NCBI GenBank assembly: GCA_965153355.1
Contig: OZ231126.1
Location: forward strand, 43,524,001 to 43,588,000
Direction of reading: 5' to 3'
Length of the DNA stretch: 64,000 bases
Source of the DNA: Flaccisagitta enflata
Lineage: Eukaryota
How positions within the stretch are numbered: position 1 is the first letter of the stretch; each line of letters opens with the position of its first letter. Position numbers and translations under genes: made by a program. The notes beneath the pieces were generated by a model. That model was not told the DNA's origin. It did not search any database and saw nothing but the letters and a program-made list of their open reading frames with translations. Below, piece after piece: positions 1-15,280 of this stretch.

Positions 1-89
1 GATGTCGATGATAATGAAGAAATGATGATGATGATGATAATGATGATGATGATGATGATGATGATGAAATGATGAAGAGAGGATGAAAA

Positions 90-165
<76 letters not shown>
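1..165 (+). repeat. (GAT)n microsatellite
   Basis: Long GAT run, imperfect at 5' side. Confidence 0.95.
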
Positions 166-167
<2 letters not shown>

Positions 168-813
168 ATTATGTCATGCTGAAACCGATGTTCGCAACAT
201 TTACAAATAAGATGATCACGATGAGAAAAAAAAATCTATTATATCTAGAAACCTCTTGGGAAGGAAAATGGTTATGAGGGCTGAAAGATGTTGATCATAA
301 AGCTGATAGTATAAAGTAACCATCGCACTGGCAATCTTGCAGGAAAAAAAGCTTATTTGCAGTTGATGATGGTGGCTACACAGCACTAATGATGATGATC
401 TTTGGTGGTAGTTTTCCTAGGATGAAAGCCTAATCGACTTCGCTCCGTGAACATTGATTGAAGACTAACGCGTAAACTTGCTGACTTTGCTGTATGGGTT
501 GTCAGAATGTGTATTTCCTCGTCGCGTACACAAGATCCTATAGGTTAAGTCGAGCAGGCTATTTGATGGTAAACTTTTTGCCTTGTCGATATGTTAGTAA
601 CTTCACTTCTGTTTCAATCGCCGTCCGTCGGTCCGTTGGTCTGTCGGTCCGTCGGTCGCTCGGTCCAAAACTAATTGCTTTTTCGGGCCTTTTGGGTCTT
701 TGAGAGCAGTCTTTGAAAACTGCCCCTGCCCAATGACCAAAATGGCTTCTTCACGATTCAATGCTCAACCGCACCGATTTTGTTTACCCACACATGAGAC
801 ATGAGACATGAGA

Positions 814-1152
814 CTTTTTTTTATAAGAACGTCATTTTTTGAGCAAGCCTTCAATGTTCTAAATTTTTGGGCAGTTTCAACGCTTGAACGTTCTTAAATT
901 GTTCTTAATTTAAACTCATTTTTTAACCTTCAATTAAGAACGTTCTTAAATAGTTTTAAGTATGTCATTAAGGAGAAAATGAAGGAAAATGTCAATGAAA
1001 CAACAATGTACCAGATTTAAACATTTTAAGTGAATTAAAATCAATAAAAGTAGAAATAAAATATGCTATAAAATGTTTTTAGAATGTTCCTAAATTTTTG
1101 ACGACTTGAAGCCTAACGTTCTTATAAACTTGGTTCTTATAAAGAGAAAAAG
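814..1152. mobile_element. Degenerate MITE related to the 20847-21533 element
   Basis: Starts cttttttttataagaacg, ends aacgttcttataaacttggttcttataaagagaaaaag; same end layout as the 20847 MITE. Confidence 0.5.
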
Positions 1153-1402
1153 AGAATAGCTTCATATCCGGCCTTGCTTCAAATCAAACGAATTTGAAAT
1201 ATTTGGATTTTTTTAAATTCCGCTTCTGCCCTCTTATCTCTTTTTTTTTTAAATTGGACTTTTCTCTAATTTAGGCAAATGTTTTCGTTTTTTTTTTTCT
1301 GCCATTCTCTACTTTTTGCTGAAAGGATAAATTCCTAAGCACTTTTTTCCTTTTATTTTCACCATTTACTTTGTCTAGATGGCGTTAGCAGATGGTGAGA
1401 GG

Positions 1403-1619
1403 AAACAAGGCCGGATACACGGCTACCCCAGTCGCGTGCGGGTGGGCAGGGGCCGTATTTGAGGTCACTTGATCACTTGGGCTGGAGCAGTGAGGCCAAA
1501 GAATGCAAAAACCCAAAAAAAGTAAAGTGTGACGGACGGACAGACCGATGGACGGACGGACGGACCGACGGACGGACCGACAAAGCGGGGTATAGAGTCG
1601 CGTAGCACGCGACTAAAAA
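1403..1619 (-). mobile_element. Helentron-associated (HINE/DINE-1-like) short element, family A
   Basis: Minus strand: TTTTTAGTCGCGTGCTACGCGACT hairpin, (CCGT)n tract, subterminal GCACGCGACT, 3' stem-loop GCCGTGTATCCGGC then TTGTTT; close copy at 34721-34915. Confidence 0.75.
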
Positions 1620-2274
1620 GAATCGTGTTCATGTTAGTACAACGGGTACATCCCGTCAGACTGTTAAATTGTGTCGTGGGCTGGGTTGAAAGGCATCTGC
1701 AAAATGGAATGATTTTCTAAAGCTCAGACAAAAATATTGCATTTTTAATTCATTTTGTTTAATGGCAAGCGTTAATTTAGTTTTTTTTATTGAGTTTCAA
1801 AAAAATTCTTAACTGAATAAACATCTTTTTGAACAATTAGCTTGAATATCTGTTTAAATGATGAGAAGTTATCTACCACGCTTTGCGCCAGCAGCAATTT
1901 AGTTGGTTCAAATTGTCTGCCAATGGCAAATGATTATGTATGATGCGATTTGTAAGCCGATTTTCTCCCTTCTCAGAAAGCCATAAGAGATAAAAAGAGA
2001 GAGAGAGACAAGATCAGACCAAAAACGCTTTGTGGAGCTTGGAGCTAATTAATGTACAACTTTGACCCGTCAGTTTTGATGAAAAAAAAATTGTTACAGT
2101 TCGTCAGTTCTTCTCTCATCGCCTCGCTTAAATAAATCTAATGGATACCGGAATGTCGTAATACGCGTGACCCATTTGAAATTATATAACCTATTAACCG
2201 CGGCACGAGACAAAAAATAATGTACTTGGCAGCTTTCGAGTGCAGAAGATTAATGAGGCGTTGAGGAACAGAAC

Positions 2275-2620
2275 AAAAAACACAGTGCACACGACACAAT
2301 GCACACTGAACACTGCACACGACACTGTGTCATGTTCGACGCGGCTTTTATTTGTTTAGCCGCGGCAAATTATTTTGGCCAAGTGACGTGCTTGCTATCG
2401 AGATTTACTTAAAAAACACCGACCAACCAACCGACGGACGAACGGACGGACAAAGCCTCTTATAGAGTCGCTAGTCCGCGACTAAAAAACACAGTGCACA
2501 CGACACAATGCACACTGCACACGACACTGTGTCATGTTCGACGCGGCTTTTATTTGTTTAGTCGCGGCAAATTATTTTGGCCAAGTGACGTGCTTGCTAT
2601 CGAGATTTACTTAAAAAACA
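2275..2620. repeat. ~140-bp direct repeat (2275-2418 / 2484-2620) bracketing a 65-bp HINE 5'-end fragment
   Basis: Copies differ by one substitution and a 7-nt indel; spacer ends tatagagtcgctagtccgcgact. Confidence 0.9.
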
Positions 2621-3842
2621 TTTACTTAATATTTTTTAATCATTGCTGAGTGATAACTTTAAAATGCGACAAAATTTTAAGAAAAATATTCTTTGTTTTG
2701 AAATTTGAAACGAAAATCAAGCTACGAGAAGTCAGAATAGTGTTCTCTCTATTTTGGCAATGGAAGGACTAATTATGCGCGTCTTACTGCTGACAAACAT
2801 GACGCTGTGGACGTGTTGCTACACACGTTGTGTTGACGATTTGGTCGATGGAGAGCATCACGAATTGATCGTGTAAATGCATCGTTTATTCATGCCACAA
2901 ATAATGAATTCGATTACATTAATTATAATCAAAAAACCGGATCTCGCCTGTGATTCGGAAATAATGAGGTTGGTCATAAATCTGTTTCGAAGTCTCCTTT
3001 TTTGATACATACGTAAGATCGATGCCAATTTTTTCCTTATAAATCTTGACAACAAATTTTTCCTTTTCTGATTTTGTTAAAAATGAATCTTAGTTCCTAG
3101 GCAAAGATATTGAAATAATTGTAAAGGAGCTTAAATTTGCATGTGAAATACAACCTCCTTGTCCCAAAAAGGCCTACTTCCAACTGAACATTTCTCCAGC
3201 CCTCTTCCAACGCCCCAACCCCTTCCCCTCCATTTGGATTCAATTTCCATTTTACTCTGAATGCATCATTGGGTCTACATGTATTTCAATTTCTTGTGTC
3301 GCTCACATGGCATTTCTGTCCACGGCTTCGCGCGATCACGTCGATCGATCACGTGTCCATGACCATCGCGAAATTTCTACTTTTGGCAATGTTCTCATCC
3401 CCTCCTCTTCCTCTTCCTCTTCCCTCCTTTACGATAAATTGTTTCGTTATCAATTATGCATAGAAATTTCGGCTCGTTGGGCAATATTCCCTGGAAAGAG
3501 AGCAAAGGCAACTTGCAAGAACACCTAATTCCCAAAATCATGAAAATAAAGCTTAAACCATGCAAAAAACAACACAAAGATAGAAGAAATGACTGATATA
3601 CACATAAAACAAATTTTAGCTAATTAGCTGTACGCTAACAGAGAAAAAACGTAATTTGAACATAATTCTCTCTGCGTCAGTGCTCAAGCTAGACAACTTA
3701 GACCGAAGTCAAATGGAAATTTGAGACTTTTTTAGACAAAAGCCGTAATGTATACAAAAATACCTGGGAGTGGCAGCGCCAGAAGATCGGGTGAAATTCC
3801 TGAGTGAGTGTGACTAAAAATCTGAAATTCGATCTCTGTTGA

Positions 3843-3874
<32 letters not shown>

Positions 3875-4259
3875 ACTTTTTGGCTTTTTACCCACTGTCT
3901 CCCACCTGCTCCACTTTTTCTCTTTTTTTTCTCACACACAAAATTTTTGCCTCCTCTTTCCGTGTGTTTTTCTTTTTCTCTTTTCCCTCTTTTGAGTGCT
4001 CGAAGGGGTTGGGTTCTTTCTCGTTTTTGGTCCTCTGAGGGTCAAGCGAGGATCAAGTTTTGACGAGTTAGCAGAAACGTATTTGTTTACTTTTCTTGTT
4101 TTTGTTTTGATAAACGGCATATACACGCGCGCGCACGGTCATGCTTTTCCTATATCTTTTTTTTCTCTTTCCTTCCTTCCAGTTTAGATCGGATATCAGG
4201 TTTATGATATCAAAGGTTTTAAGACCCGCGGCCAGCAGTTTCTTCTTCCCTTCTCAGAG

Positions 4260-4326
<67 letters not shown>

Positions 4327-4627
4327 GAACTGTTCATGCCTTTGTTTTATAGCTTATGACGCGGGTTGCGTAAAACTTTCGTGCACTCAGCATATTCCAC
4401 GACGCTCTTTGCGTTCTCTCTCACTGCAGGATTTTTATCCTTTCGTAAGCGACCCGATGAGAGAGGTTAGGTCGGTCGACCAGTCGGCGTTGTAAAAAAA
4501 AGGGGGGCGGTCTTAAACCCATTGGGCTGGTCGGTCGGGTTGGTCGGGATCTTTCTGAGTTCATAAAAATATCGTAGTTACGCACGTGCCATATGCATAT
4601 GGACTCTTTCAAGGGCCACGCGCATTG

Positions 4628-4685
<58 letters not shown>

Positions 4686-6717
4686 CTAGTGGGCTAGGCA
4701 GTGAAATCCACATGTGAACTGTTTGCGGCTTCAACAGGCACCGAACTGCAGGATTTGGGGTATTTTGAGGGTCAGCAAGCGCCGTCAAACGTCGGGGAAT
4801 TTTTACTTGACTGCAAGCGCGTTCTGGCTATAGACTGCGAAAGACCTTTAACTTCACATTTGCGCTTTTTTTTGCTTTTTATTCGCCTTCTTTCTCACTC
4901 TTTGATACTATCGCACTCTTTCCTTTTCTCCCATCTCCTTTCTTTTCTTCTTATCTTCTCTCTCTCTCTCTTCTTCTTCTTCTTCCTCTTTCTTTTCTTT
5001 TATCTCTTCTCCTGCCCACCCGTCCGCAACTGGTGGCCGTGTATCCGGCCTTGTTCTTCTTTTTCTCCTCCTCCTTCTCCTTCTTTTCCTTCTCCTTCTT
5101 CCTCTTCCCCTCCTTCCTCTGTCCAACATCTCTCATGGAACACACACGTGCGCAAATACCATAAGAGAAAATTCAGCACCAGTGGGAATGGAATGCGATT
5201 TTTTTCTTCTTTTTCTCCATTTCCTTATAGACTCGGCTCTTCGTTCTCCTTTTTCCAGCGCTTTGTACTGTATATTTATTCTTATATGATATTTTGATAT
5301 TGTATTCTTTCATTCATCTTCGTCCTTGAATTTCTCACTCGTCCGATTGGTCATCCAGCCACCGGAGAAGTTCAGGAACGATGTTGTACCAACCCATATT
5401 CTTCTAAGATACATAGTTCTTTTTTTTTCTCCCACTTCTTTCTTCTCTCTCTCTCTCTCTTCTCACCCCACGAGGTCCCATCCTTGTCCCGTTGTGATCA
5501 TGTGCATGTGATTAACCATGCGCTCCCTTCGATGTTTTTATCCTAAACTTGACCCCCCCCCCCCGGACTCGTCCTGCTCCAATTCCCTGATTCACGATTC
5601 ACCAACCCCCATGGTGCCGAAATCAATCATGTGGTCCTTTTGATGTTTTCCTCCGTATCTTTACCCCAATTGCCACTTGCCCATTTAACTTCTTACCCTC
5701 GATAGCCAAACCACCTTGCACCAAGGTGCCAAAATCCCGTATTCGTCTTTGTGCACGTTAGCCTTATCTCTGTAACCCCCTACCGCCTATTGGGACCCTC
5801 CTTCAGTACATCCGTCCGCGTTAAACATTAGGCTTAAAATGGGTCGGTTTTTTAATGATTTTTTTTACAATGTAATAGTGAGTAGAAGCACTCTCTGACT
5901 GTATATACTATTGGTAATTATTGTTTCAATAGCTGAGATCAAAGCCGGCAATAAAAATTGGTTTTGCACACCAATGGGCTATCTTAATCCTGAATTTTCT
6001 ACCTGTTTTAACTTGTTTGATCAATAGCCCTCATATGCAAAAATTTATATACCTTGATAAGGGGTTCATACACAAGGAGCATAATTTTTGTAAAAAATCC
6101 TGCCTGTCAAAACCACTTTAGGTTTTGCGGAGCTCTCGGAAAAAATACCTTTACAAAAGTCTTTTTGACGTGCTTGTTGCGCGATGCAGATGGTGTTTCT
6201 TTTCTGAAGTCTTGATACATAGTATTCTATTCTTATCTTCATCTTCGTTATTGAGAAAGAAAAAAAATTGAAAGTTTTTCAGCTTCAATCTGACTAGTCT
6301 GTAAACAGTTTCAGAAACGGTCTCAGGTATCTAACATGAACCACCTGTTCACACAGTCATTAATTCATTCATTCATTCGTTCACTCATTCATTCATGAAT
6401 TCATTTATTCCTCCGCCTTTTTTTTTATTGCAAGGAAGTGAATTTCGTGACCGAGTTTTCGACTTTATTTCCACTTGAACAATTCTTGATTTGAAATTCT
6501 GCGTCGATCCCCAGAATTATAAAGACTGCCCGCCTGTTCTCTCATTTTCCTGATTTCTCTTTTTGCCTCAATTTCATTTTTTTTTTCAATCTCAAGTTCT
6601 TGCTATTATTTTTTCATTTCTTCGTTTTTCGTTCATGATCAATTTCTTGTCTTTTTTATTCCTCATTCATTTTCATGTTTCCTTTGAATCATGTTTCAAT
6701 CGTTTTAAATCGACTCC

Positions 6718-7080
6718 TTTGGGCAGAGGCCCCGGTGACGTGCCAAATCACAGCTCTTGGATTTGAGCCTCGAAGCTTAAATTCTAGCTTCTAGGCCCAA
6801 ATCCCAACCTCCAGACTCAAATCCTAACCTCCAGGCTTAAATCCCAGCCTCTAGGCTCAAATCCCAGCCTCTGGGCTCAAATCCCGGCCAAGAAGCTCAA
6901 ACCCCAGCCTCCAGGCTCAAATCCTAGTCTCTAGGATATAATCAAAGCATCACACAGGTCATTGGCTACTTCAGGGCTATTACCCATTTGATTACCATGT
7001 CCTTTAACTACATTTTTTAACTAAGGGGTAACGGGTATACCTGGGTACCGCTGACCATCAGCCGCTTTGCGACCATTTAT
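6718..7080 (+). mobile_element. Degenerate HINE-like family B element with internal 21-bp tandem repeats
   Basis: Starts tttgggcagaggcccc, array of aggctcaaatcccagcctc-like units, ends gggtaccgctgaccatc..gcgaccattt like the 38631 copy. Confidence 0.65.
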
Positions 7081-7580
7081 AATTACGCTTAACATTTACT
7101 GTTGATTTCTCCTTCACTTCTGCCGTCATGAGCTTCTCGTAGTCGTACGAAGCTTCCTGTTTTATTCGTGAGTCGTGTGGCGGGAGTAAGTTTCATGTTG
7201 CATTCACTTCAATGTAAAACCATTCCATTACTCATAAGTAAGGATAGGAATGATCAAGTATTAGTTGAACAAAAAGTATAAGTTGACCAATGTGTTATGT
7301 TATGTTTTGTTATGAATAAAAAAGTTTAAGTTGAACAATGTTTTGTTTTGTTATGTTATGTTTTTATTGTATGAGTCAATGAATGATGAAAAATGATTGA
7401 TGAATTAATGAATGATGACTCAATTAATGACTCTATCGCAATGACTGTCAATGAGTGATAAGGATAATGAAAGAAACATTAAGAAACTTTTGAATCGTGT
7501 GACGGTTTGTTAATTATGACTTTTTTCGTCATTCCGAATGGCACGGTTTAAATAAAGCCTGACTTCTACCCCATTCACAG

Positions 7581-7740
7581 GGCCTATGCGAGCTGCGTCG
7601 GCTGGACAACATTAACGTTCCTTTAACCATAATTCGTAACGAAACTTTAGTCGGAAACGATGAGACTTCATCCACTTACGCCTTCATCGCCCCGGGACCT
7701 TACCAAAAGGACGTCCTCATGGTCGGAGTCACTTTTACCG
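7581..7740 (+). CDS. PlexA: Plexin-A-like exon (Sema domain): GLCELRRLDNINVPLTIIRNETLVGNDETSSTYAFIAPGPYQKDVLMVGVTFT(G)
   Basis: Acceptor ccattcacag|, donor |gtgagt; 160 nt, phase 0 to 1; plexin motif AFIAPGP...VGVTFTG. Confidence 0.92.
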
Positions 7741-9722
7741 GTGAGTCATGTGTGCGAGTGCGTATGCGTGTGTGAGTTGGGGGCCGCGATAGAACATGAG
7801 TGCTTATGTATGACAAGTGGAACATTATCCCTCACTTCACCCAAACTGAGAAATATGAAGAGGGCCTTGTGAGCACTCACTGACTAGTGACTACATGCAT
7901 CGCTCCTAGCTTTCCATTTAGCAAAACTAACTTAGCAAACATCCATTCTGAGTCGAACCCAAAACACTAGTGCTTGCCGAATATATATAAGGGCAAATGA
8001 TTGTAAACTGTTTAACGATGTGCGTTCTTGGGTGTTGAATTTTTGTCTGTTATTCTACGTATAACATCGAAGCATCGTTATTTCCCATGAAGGTTTTATC
8101 ATCGGCTTCTTAAGAGTCACTGTTATCTTTAAAATCGTTGTGAAACTTGTCGTGCCTGTATTGAAAGTAATCAGTATTTTTCTAACGCTGGAAACTTTAA
8201 GTCGATCTTTAACTCAATGTTTCGATAAGGGGATTAACGTTAATCATTTTGTCCCTTACATAAAGGAAGACTTGTGTTCATATAAGTCATATGCAATGTT
8301 TTATCTTTTGTCGGGTAAGGATGGATTTTGTTGGTGAGGTCGAGCTAAGTGTGCGACTGCTGAATGTTCTGAAGGAATATGAAGCACAGCGAGAAAATGA
8401 GCTCAACGTTCAACTAATTTAGTTATTTTTGACCCAGGCCAAGGAGTCGAAAAAGACTTGCACAAAGTTACTGAATGGTGATGGATTGGCTTGAAAAAAG
8501 AGACATTTAGGTTGTCTTAGATATTGTGTAGTTTGTACGTGAAATGGAAAGTATGATCTTATTTTTTTTCCCCGCGTGTGAGTTGATGAAAAAGAATGGT
8601 AGCGAGGATCATATGTCGCCGCGAGCAAGAATATAGAAAAAAGAAAATGATAAGAAATAACGGAGTAATCCAAGGAAAAAAAATGGAGAAAAAGCGCCAC
8701 TCATAATCATCATACCGAAGCTCGATTAGGTTGAAGTACAGATTGGAGAAAGATTAGAGCTGACTTTGAGAGGAATGATGGAATGGCAAAACGATATGAA
8801 AAAAAAAAAGAAAAGAAAATAGTTTAAATGAGAGGGAAGAAAAAAAATAGTAATGTTAAAAACGATGATTAATGAGAAGACGAGAAACAAGGCCGGCGGA
8901 ATTTTTTGAGAAGGTGACAGAATGAATGAATGAATGAATGAATGAATGAATGAATGAATGAATGAATGAATGAATGATTGGAGGATTTCTTTATCTTTGT
9001 TATTCTTTTCTCTGAATAGTTTGACTAAATGGCTAGATGTTCGTATCGCTGAAGAAAAATATGAGATTGAGTAAAGAACTCTATAGCCGATTTTTTTGAT
9101 CTAGTAAAAAACCACATAGTTGAATGTACGAATGAATGAATGAATGAATTGGGCAGACTGACCGACAGACGCGATTGCCAGTAGATGTGCAAGAACCGCA
9201 GTGAAAAAGAATCTTATGTCGCGAGCAGCCATTAGATGGCGATAACAGATGGTTGAGGATAAAAAAAAGAGCAAGGAAAGCATATTGAACATCTCAAAGT
9301 TGGAAGATAGAGTGAGCTAGAAAAGATGGTCCAAATGAGAAATAGATATAGAATTACGAGGACGAGAAAAAAAACTAGTCTCGGAAACTTTCCTGATGAA
9401 CGCATTTGGGAGACTTGTGGAGTTCTACTTCTTCCTCACGACCGTCCAACTTAATTGGAATAGATTGCACGTCGCAAGATGTCTGGAATTGAGAGCAGGG
9501 AAAAGAAAAAAATGAGTGGGGGCCGGGGGGGGGGGTTGACGAGGGATGGATGAGGTGGCCTGTAGAACGGGAGGGCGCGGTTTCGACTGATAGGATTTTT
9601 GATGTTCGTGATTGAAAAAATGATTGCAACTTTTCGCTATTTCAATTGATTATGCAATGGGGTTTTGTCAACTTTCGGAATCTTTAAATCCGTTTGCAAC
9701 TTGTCAATTAAGTCTCTCTTTC

Positions 9723-9785
<63 letters not shown>

Positions 9786-10656
9786 AAGGTGGAAAAATTT
9801 GTTGTTTTTTAGTCATAATTAATCAAAATCTACTTGATCGGTCTCACCATCTGTCATGTCAGTTTTCTGATAATGATTTAGTTATGAAGGAAGTCCTTCA
9901 ATCTCCCCTTGAATGTTTTGCGAGTGTTTTTTTTTTTCTTTTTTTTAAAACATTCCTATCTTTTTTTTGTTTGTCAGTATTTGATGCTGTGGAGAGTTCA
10001 GCGACTTTTGTCCCAATTTTTTTTCTTTTTTTGCGCTATTCCGTAGACGCACTGATTTGTTTTGCTAGTTGGTTGGATGGTTGCTTGGTTGGTCGGTAAG
10101 TACATAGTTTCAAAGTCGGAAGGCATAAACTAATACAATAAACATTGGCAAGACAAAGAGAATGTCTAAAATGTCCACTGCATGCTCTCAAATGCTGCTT
10201 TATCTGCGACAGAAGCCTCAAGCTCCTACGAGCTCCTCCAATTGATGTTCATGGTATTTCTACGCTCATTGGTTAGCCACTACGCGGCGACATTTCATTC
10301 CAGACCTCATTGATCATCTCACGGAGCTTCACTTGCGGCATAGTTCTTCAAATCCAACCTTTGAAATGCGCATCAAGTCCCTGTTGCATGTTGGACCTCA
10401 GCCAAGGGCTTATCTCCCTCACCTTAAGTATTCCTCAAGCGGAAATGAACTTGTATCGTGTATGCGAAGGCAAGTTTTGGGTTGTATTTTAAAACCGTCT
10501 TTAATCTATTTCGGGAATCCTTCCAACAGCAACAGATGAAACGGGAGAAAAAAATAGTCTTTCTTTTACTTTCATCTTGGAGAATTTAAGAGAAAGAGTG
10601 ATAATCCGCTTATCTCCATCTCCATCTCATTCGCCGACTCTCTCCATCTGAGTTAT

Positions 10657-10752
<96 letters not shown>

Positions 10753-10883
10753 AAATAAAGGGAGAAATTCGTCTTGTTTTAGTTTTTTTTCTTCTTCTTG
10801 ATATCTTAATTTCTGATTTTTGTTGGCAAACGAGTCAACAGCGGGAGAAGAAGACTTTCCCTGCTTTAAATGAGTAAATGAAT

Positions 10884-10963
<80 letters not shown>

Positions 10964-12984
10964 TAAGAGAGTAAGAGAGAAAGAATGAGAGAGTCAGACT
11001 GACGGAGCTATTGAACTTCCTCTTGATGCATCGATGGGCACGAGGCTGCATATGGGGTCTTCATGGATGAGAGTCTTGAATCCTGAACTGCGGAGGGTTG
11101 AGTCTTGAGACAGGGTAACAACGCGAAGGCACGGGCTTGTAAAAGAAAAGCTCTTGACTTATTTCAGACTTGTATGAGACTCTCGAGAAAATGGGGGACT
11201 GGGGTGAAAACGAGCAACGTAAATGTTCGTCTAAAAGAAGAGGAGGGCAAGAGTTTGTCTAGGTAGAAGTGCAGTGGAGTCTGTGCAGAAAAGCGTGAAT
11301 CGAGTGGGTACGGGTGAATGGGTAGGCTGAATGGGTGGGCTGAATCTGAAATGCGCTAAGGGAAGAAGGGGGTGGGTGTGGAGAGAAAAAAAACAGGTAG
11401 TGAGTCTAGTGGCGGATTCCAACGTATATTTGAATGGACTTATCAAACGTCTGCACGTCAGCTAGGCTAGGATTGACTCCACAGTTTAGCCTTGAGCAGT
11501 TAGAGAACTTGCTGTGTTAGATGCATAAAACTCTTCTTGAGCCTGCAAACAAACTTGATCTGGTGAAGAAGGAAACGGGAGCTTGGGGATCAGAGAGTTG
11601 AGAGGGGGAAGGTTAGTTGAAGCGTACAGCTTGAGGGCTCGGCAGAGGAAGAACTTTACTAGGATAAAGGATCAAGAAGGAGGCTACGGGTGGCTAAACA
11701 CTAGGAAATAAGCGTGGATGCAGCTGGGGACGATGGCGTCTTCAGCAGCAACAGCAGCAGCTAACCCATGGAGTCTTTTTCTTCTTTTTTTCCTCTCGTC
11801 TTTGATTGTCGGCAGTTTTCCGCGGAATGTTCACTTATGGCTCATGTTTTTAATCGTCGAGGACTTCCCCCTTCTCTTTTTGCCTTCCTTTGATGTCTTC
11901 CGATTCTTTTTTCCTTTTCATCTTTTCCCGTTTTTTAGAAGATTCGTCGCTTCTTTATAAGAGAGTCTGTCAGTTCGTCGGTCCGTCCATCAATCCGTCC
12001 GTGTGTCATCTTGTGGCCATGGCCATATCCGCTAGCGAATAAAACGATTGATAAATGTGTTTCGAGAAAATCGAGAAGCTCCATTGGTTGTTTCGTCAGA
12101 AATTCGAGCAGTCCGTGAGTCTGTCGGTCTGTCCATCCATTTTCCCTTTAAACGCGAAATTCACTTGTCTCAGTGACACAGTGAACCCTTTGTCCGCTTA
12201 TCCACTCATCGATGTTAGTCTTTTTATTTGGAGGTAGCTTCGTTTCCCCTTTAGTCTTGTTTTCCTCCTCGTTCTATTCTTTTAATTCTCTTTTTAGATG
12301 CTTCTTTTTTCTGTGTACATCCTTGTTCCTTCCTCTCACGCGCGATTTTAAACAATTTACACGATATAACCGCAATAGACGAAAAGAATGAAAGAAATGA
12401 ATAAAAGAAAGGAGAGAACAAGGCCGGATACACGGCCTATAAGTAGTCGCTGGCGCGTATGCAGGGGCAGTAACGCGGGTGGGCAGGGGCAGTCTGACAC
12501 AGGGCGGGGGCTGTATTATGGCTGTACTGGTTGGGCAGGGGCAGGGGCAGAAGTCACTATTTCAGTCGTCTCAAATTTCGCGCTACCATTCTACCTACAG
12601 ACCTTCCTACAAGAAGTAAGATCGGGAGGAATAAAAGGAAGAAAATAAAGAAAAAGAAAAACCGAGGAAAGTTTGATGGGGAAAAAGTGGTTGTGGTATT
12701 TCAAAAGAAATCCAAAAGTAATAAAAATGAAAAAAAGCCCCCAAAAGCAGACTATCTCACGCGCACTTTTGTGTATACGATATTTTTTTTCCTTTTTCTC
12801 TCTTCAAAAAAACTTCCTTCCCCTCCCCCATTTTATACGTTTTTAAAAAGTATTTTATCTGTTTTTTAAAGTCAGAAGGCGCACGCCAAAACGCGCGCAC
12901 GCTCGACTCGAACGGCGAAAGAATTTCTTAATCGGCGAGGCTCAAGAAGCAGTCGAAAGCGAGTGAGAGGAATAGAAAAGGGGC

Positions 12985-13070
<86 letters not shown>

Positions 13071-14196
13071 CCAGAGACATAGACACAGAGAAGAGAGAAA
13101 AACCATGAAAAGCCATGGCAAGAGAGCGAGAGCGAAAGCGTGAGCGAGAGAGAGTGAGAGAGATAGAGACGGACGGACGCATAGACACACAGAGAGAAAA
13201 CATGGATAAGTAAAAATTGCAAAAGAGGGGCGGAGGTAGAAAATAATGTACGGTTGTGGTAGAGTATAAGGCGAGAATCGAAGTACTGAGGAGATGGACA
13301 ATAGGACATACCATCAGACAGAAGGACAATCGCGACTCTGCATTTTAATACAACAAAGTGAGGTTGTAAGTGAGAATGGCAATGGAGGGGGGGGGGGGAA
13401 TGGTGGACGTAAGTGATGTATTGCATTCTCTATAGTCATAAGGGAACAAAGTTTTTGAGCTTTGGTACTCTTACAGGTCGGTTCGTCTGACCGACTGGCC
13501 GTCGGCCACGCTTTCGTAATTAGCAACGGATTCAGCAGCCTGCAATTTGCTTTGATATGTCGAATTATTTTGCTTTCTCTTGTACGAATTTATTGATGGT
13601 TCGAATTTGTTCATGGTTCGACATTTTTTAGGGCGTGATTATGTTTTCTTGTGAAATGTCAAAACTTCACAATCCCAGGGTATCAAGATCGACGGAAGCC
13701 AAAAAGAAGAGAGAAAAAAAAACCGAAACAGATGGTGGATAATTAGAGGGGGGGGAAGAGGGTTTGGACTGGTAAAAATGAAATTTTAACGATTCCCATT
13801 GAATCATCAGCGTAAACAAATCCCACAAAAAAATTCGTAGAGACTGATATCTTCTCTTTTTTTTCAAATTTGGTCGATCAGTAAAGGATTTTTTTTTTAA
13901 GTGGGCGTATCTTTCTGTGACTCATTATGGGTAGCGGAGGGAGCAGAGGGTTGTGTAGAAAAACTCGATGGTTGAGTCTTGTATCGAATGAAAGCATTTT
14001 TAATACTTATTAGTGAAAGGAAAATTGAAAATTACGCACTGGTGAAGTGAATGACGGAAAAGAATCAACGCTTGTAAACAGGGGTGTATATAATTGAGTC
14101 GCTTCTGGTTTCCCCCCCCCCCCCGCCTTTGATTTCCTTCCCTGCAATGCGTTGCGTTTCAAAATCTACAATTTTCTTCCCCATAATGCAATAAAA

Positions 14197-15280
<1,084 letters not shown>

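Noticed and set aside
1..7580. Upstream plexin exons (signal peptide, early Sema)
   Set aside because: No segment with plexin similarity and suitable splice sites found; presumably outside the window, though a short divergent exon could be missed by eye.
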